From an uncultured virus (IMG/VR IMGVR_UViG_3300025072_000003) (Duplodnaviria; Heunggongvirae; Uroviricota; Caudoviricetes), in IMG/VR virus record IMGVR_UViG_3300025072_000003: 39,853 nucleotides of DNA; one strand, written 5' to 3'. Both the position numbers and the translations under genes were made by a program. How positions within the stretch are numbered: position 1 is the stretch's first letter; every line of letters starts with the position of its first letter. This document shows, piece after piece, positions 37,367 to 39,853 of the stretch. The notes under the pieces were generated by a model that did not search any database, was not told where the DNA came from, and saw only the letters and a program-made list of their open reading frames with translations.

Positions 37367-37708
37367 CTACTTTTTTGAAAAGTTTTCATGAACGAACATT
37401 CCACCCATCTCTACATCAATTTGAACAAGTCTAAAGTCGTCGTCAACCACTTCTCTAAGTTCATCAGCCATTACTAATGAATGAACTCTCTTAGATGCAA
37501 TGTCTGTAACTGTTGTTTCATCCTGACCTTCTTTTACAAGAAGATAAAGATGATTGCCACAGCCCATATACTTGTGATACATATCACAGCCAGACTTGAA
37601 ATCATCAAATGATGGATTAACTACATCATCCCGCATAAGTACATTTCGAGATATTCCCTCAAATGTCTCTATCCACTTTGATTTGTTTTCGCCTTCTATC
37701 TTTTCCAT
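37367..37708 (-). CDS. Hypothetical protein
   Basis: 113-aa ORF. Confidence 0.6.
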   Translation of the reverse strand: MEKIEGENKSKWIETFEGISRNVLMRDDVVNPSFDDFKSGCDMYHKYMGCGNHLYLLVKEGQDETTVTDIASKRVHSLVMADELREVVDDDFRLVQIDVEMGGMFVHENFSKK

Positions 37709-37790
37709 CGTTCATCCATTACATATATCTTCCATCCAAAATATAAAAAACAGAACGGATATTATGATTATGTATTCCATATCTTTAAGG

Positions 37791-37840
37791 TCGGGGTGAA
37801 AGGATTTGAACCTTCGACTGCCAGACTGCGCTACACCCCG
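37791..37840 (-). ncRNA. Anticodon-less tRNA-Pro-like remnant (50 nt)
   Basis: CGGGGTG-TAGCGCAGTCTGGCAGTC-GAAGG-TTCAAAT-CCTTT-CACCCCG-A. Confidence 0.7.
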
Positions 37841-38028
37841 ATTTTACTTATTTGCATTCTCGCCCTTAAGCTTAAGGACTTCAGCGTTAAGTTGAGCAAT
37901 GCCTCTTAATACTCTATTGATGCACGCCTTGTCATCACCATAAAGATTACAAGCCATTCTTCTCAGTTCTTCCATGTCATTTTGGTTTACCATTTTTAAT
38001 TCCTAATTCTAATTGATGTTGTAACTAG

Positions 38029-38069
38029 AGCCTTCGGTGAGAATTGAACTCACGCTGAGCTACGAAGGC
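38029..38069 (-). ncRNA. Anticodon-less tRNA remnant (41 nt)
   Basis: GCCTTCG-TAGCTCAGC-GTGAG-TTCAATT-CTCAC-CGAAGGC-T. Confidence 0.7.
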
Positions 38070-38146
38070 AGTGAACTTATATATGCTATTTCCCTCGTTT
38101 CCTCACAGAATTATAAACTTTCAAACAAACCATTGCAAGTCCAAAG

Positions 38147-38217
38147 ATGCCCGACGAGGAATCGAACCTCGATTGCAATGTTCAGAGCATCGCGTGATAC
38201 CATTACACTATCAGGCA
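38147..38217 (-). tRNA. tRNA-Gln (CTG)
   Basis: Anticodon arm CGATG-CTCTGAA-CATTG; U1-A72. Confidence 0.9.
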
Positions 38218-38223
38218 TTTAAA

Positions 38224-38296
38224 GGTGGCTAAAGGGGGTCGAACCCTTACCTTCTGGCTCACAACCAGACGTGCAGTGCCGCTACACCATAGCCAC
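38224..38296 (-). tRNA. tRNA-His (GTG)
   Basis: Anticodon arm TCTGG-TTGTGAG-CCAGA; C73. Confidence 0.9.
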
Positions 38297-38298
38297 AG

Positions 38299-38369
38299 TG
38301 CGATATAGGAAAATCGAATTCCTTCCATCTGCTCGGCAAGCAGGTGTGCAGCCACTACACCAATATCGC
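38299..38369 (-). tRNA. tRNA-Gly (GCC)
   Basis: Anticodon arm CCTGC-TTGCCGA-GCAGA; GCG acceptor start. Confidence 0.85.
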
Positions 38370-38386
38370 AAAATTTAAAAACTAAG

Positions 38387-38459
38387 TGGACGAGGTGAGA
38401 CTCGAACTCACGATCTTCGCCTTGTTAAAGCACTGCTTTCGCCGCTAAGCTACACGTCC
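38387..38459 (-). tRNA. tRNA-Val (AAC)
   Basis: Loop TTAACAA in a weak anticodon stem; A73; acceptor resembles tRNA-Val(TAC) at 24208. Confidence 0.65.
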
Positions 38460-38470
38460 TTTTAATTAAG

Positions 38471-38542
38471 TGCCCCGTAGCGGTTTCGATCCGCTTTCTG
38501 TTGCCTGAAAAACAACGGTCCTAGCCAGTAGACGAACGGGGC
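38471..38542 (-). tRNA. tRNA-Glu (TTC)
   Basis: Anticodon arm GTTGT-TTTTCAG-GCAAC. Confidence 0.85.
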
Positions 38543-38575
38543 TTATTGCTGGTGCCGATTTCCAGCTTACGGCAG

Positions 38576-38649
38576 TGGAGAATAGGGGACTCGAACCCCT
38601 GAACCTTCTGGATGCAAGCCAGACGCTCTCCCAACTGAGCTAATTCCCC
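38576..38649 (-). tRNA. tRNA-Ala (TGC)
   Basis: Anticodon arm TCTGG-CTTGCAT-CCAGA. Confidence 0.92.
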
Positions 38650-38650
38650 A

Positions 38651-39352
38651 TTATTTTAACCACTTTCTTATTGCATTATCAGAAACTCTATACTTTCTTC
38701 CTGTTGCGCTATATCCTAATTTTTCAACATCCATCAACAACACTTCTTTATCTGGTCTGTTGTCTATTTTGTTTTTTTGCATTTTCTTACCAGCGCAACT
38801 TTTGCAACGATTTGCTTTATTTGAAATACTTTTACCACAATCTACACAATTTTTTATACTTGTTTTATTTTTTTTAATTACATTCTTTTTTCCACAAAAA
38901 GTATCCTGCTGGCTATTGCAATTTGGACATAACAATCTCAAATTAACAATTCTGTTATCATCATTGATCCCATTTATATGATCTAAGACCATAACTAATT
39001 TTTCATTATTCCAAAAATTATCCAATCCACAAAGACAACACTTGTTTTCCAATATCCCACCATCAATCAATCTTTTTTTTAAGTGTCCTCTGGCGTATCT
39101 ACTTCCTCTTACAGTCACTTCTTCCAGTGGTATTTTTTTCTTGAATCCGCCTTTCCCAAAATTTAGTGTAAATTTGGAAAAATCAATGTTTTCATCTTTA
39201 AGCCTCTTAGTTAAAGTTCTATGATTTCCACCACCATTATTAAGTCCAAAAAAATCCAACACTTGCCTCATTGTATCCGACTCTTTCACCAATTCTTCAA
39301 GTTTGTCTTTCGGAAGTTTCCAAATTGGACTTCTGTTTTTTCGTTTATCCAT
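38651..39352 (-). mobile_element. HNH homing endonuclease inside the tRNA array
   Basis: CCLCG...LDHINGINDDNRIVNLRLLCPNCNSQ, a C-terminal Zn ribbon and an HTH (VSDNAIRKW). Confidence 0.88.
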
Positions 39353-39418
39353 ACTATAAGGTAGTATAAATAAACGAAAAATTTTTAATTATACCAAAAA
39401 AACTTACGAAAAAACCAG

Positions 39419-39492
39419 TGCGAGTAACGGGATTCGAACCCACAATAATCCTCCTTGGAAGGGAGGCGCTTTACCAAATAAGCTTCACTCGC
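39419..39492 (-). tRNA. tRNA-Gly (TCC)
   Basis: Anticodon arm CCTCC-CTTCCAA-GGAGG. Confidence 0.88.
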
Positions 39493-39498
39493 ATTAAG

Positions 39499-39569
39499 CT
39501 ACCCAACTTGGATTCGAACCAAGGCTAAAACGGTCAAAGCGTTTCGTGCTACCACTACACTACTGAGTA
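39499..39569 (-). tRNA. tRNA-Gln (TTG)
   Basis: Anticodon arm AAACG-CTTTGAC-CGTTT. Confidence 0.9.
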
Positions 39570-39574
39570 TCAAG

Positions 39575-39648
39575 CTGCATCAGCAGGACTCGAACCCGCA
39601 ACAACGTGGTTAACAGCCACGCTCACCTACCAGTAGCGATCCAATGCA
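39575..39648 (-). tRNA. tRNA-Asn (GTT)
   Basis: Anticodon arm CGTGG-CTGTTAA-CCACG; G73. Confidence 0.85.
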
Positions 39649-39656
39649 ATGTTAAG

Positions 39657-39730
39657 CGGTAACGATGAGAATTGAACTCACGCTTCCTGTTCGACAGACA
39701 GGTGTGCAGAAACCACTACACTACGCTACC
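39657..39730 (-). tRNA. tRNA-Asp (GTC)
   Basis: Anticodon arm CCTGT-CTGTCGA-ACAGG; G73. Confidence 0.9.
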
Positions 39731-39733
39731 GTA

Positions 39734-39826
39734 TGATGTGCGTCATAGCCATAATCGCCACATCTGGGGGAGTGCCCCAAACCAGGAATCGAACCTGTTA
39801 AGTGCGGAATTCAACCGCAATCATCA
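39734..39826 (-). ncRNA. Circularly permuted tRNA-like RNA (YrlA/Y-RNA-like topology)
   Basis: T arm CAGG-TTCGATT-CCTG is followed by a closed acceptor-like hairpin GTTTGGGG-CACTC-CCCCAGAT and a D-like hairpin. The ends pair as TGATG(AT)TGCG/CGCACATCA. Confidence 0.45.
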
Positions 39827-39828
39827 AG

Positions 39829-39853
39829 CAGGCATGCAAGGAATCGAACCTCG
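39829..39853 (-). tRNA. Partial tRNA (3' end only, cut by the window edge)
   Basis: CGAGG-TTCGATT-CCTTG T arm plus acceptor 3' strand. Confidence 0.7.

Noticed and set aside
38549..38574. Possible pseudoknot GCTGG/CCAGC plus TGCCG/CGGCA between tRNAs
   Set aside because: On the transcribed strand one connecting loop has zero length, and short stems like these can occur by chance.

Overview
A segment of a large, probably T4-like or jumbo bacteriophage genome. Several host-like genes suggest a Planctomycetota host (inference). Bases 1-9.5 kb hold an AT-rich, mixed-strand surface-glycan cluster: RmlC, KdsB, two GT29-like enzymes, GT7/GT47/GT31-like transferases, three methyltransferases and a sulfotransferase. 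From 10.5 kb onward almost everything is on the minus strand. Protein genes include a broken nucleotidyltransferase with a LAGLIDADG endonuclease, a RecD/Dda-like helicase, an ATP-grasp protein, an RF1-type release factor, a sigma-70 factor, HNH nucleases, an asparaginase domain, Pth2, YqgE/AlgH, an RNA ligase, NADAR and a 2H phosphoesterase. RNA genes include about 22 canonical tRNAs, many non-canonical tRNA-like genes and a ~825-nt GOLLD-like ncRNA with an embedded tRNA-like element. Two signals stand out. (1) The RF1-type gene appears to need two tandem prfB-style +1 frameshifts at CUU-UAG, or UGA readthrough from a second start. (2) Two unrelated tRNA genes carry short anticodon-loop insertions sharing a GGGNNAGATAGCCC hairpin, near an RNA ligase and a 2H phosphoesterase, suggesting phage-encoded tRNA splicing or repair. 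All calls are by eye from motifs; no searches were run.
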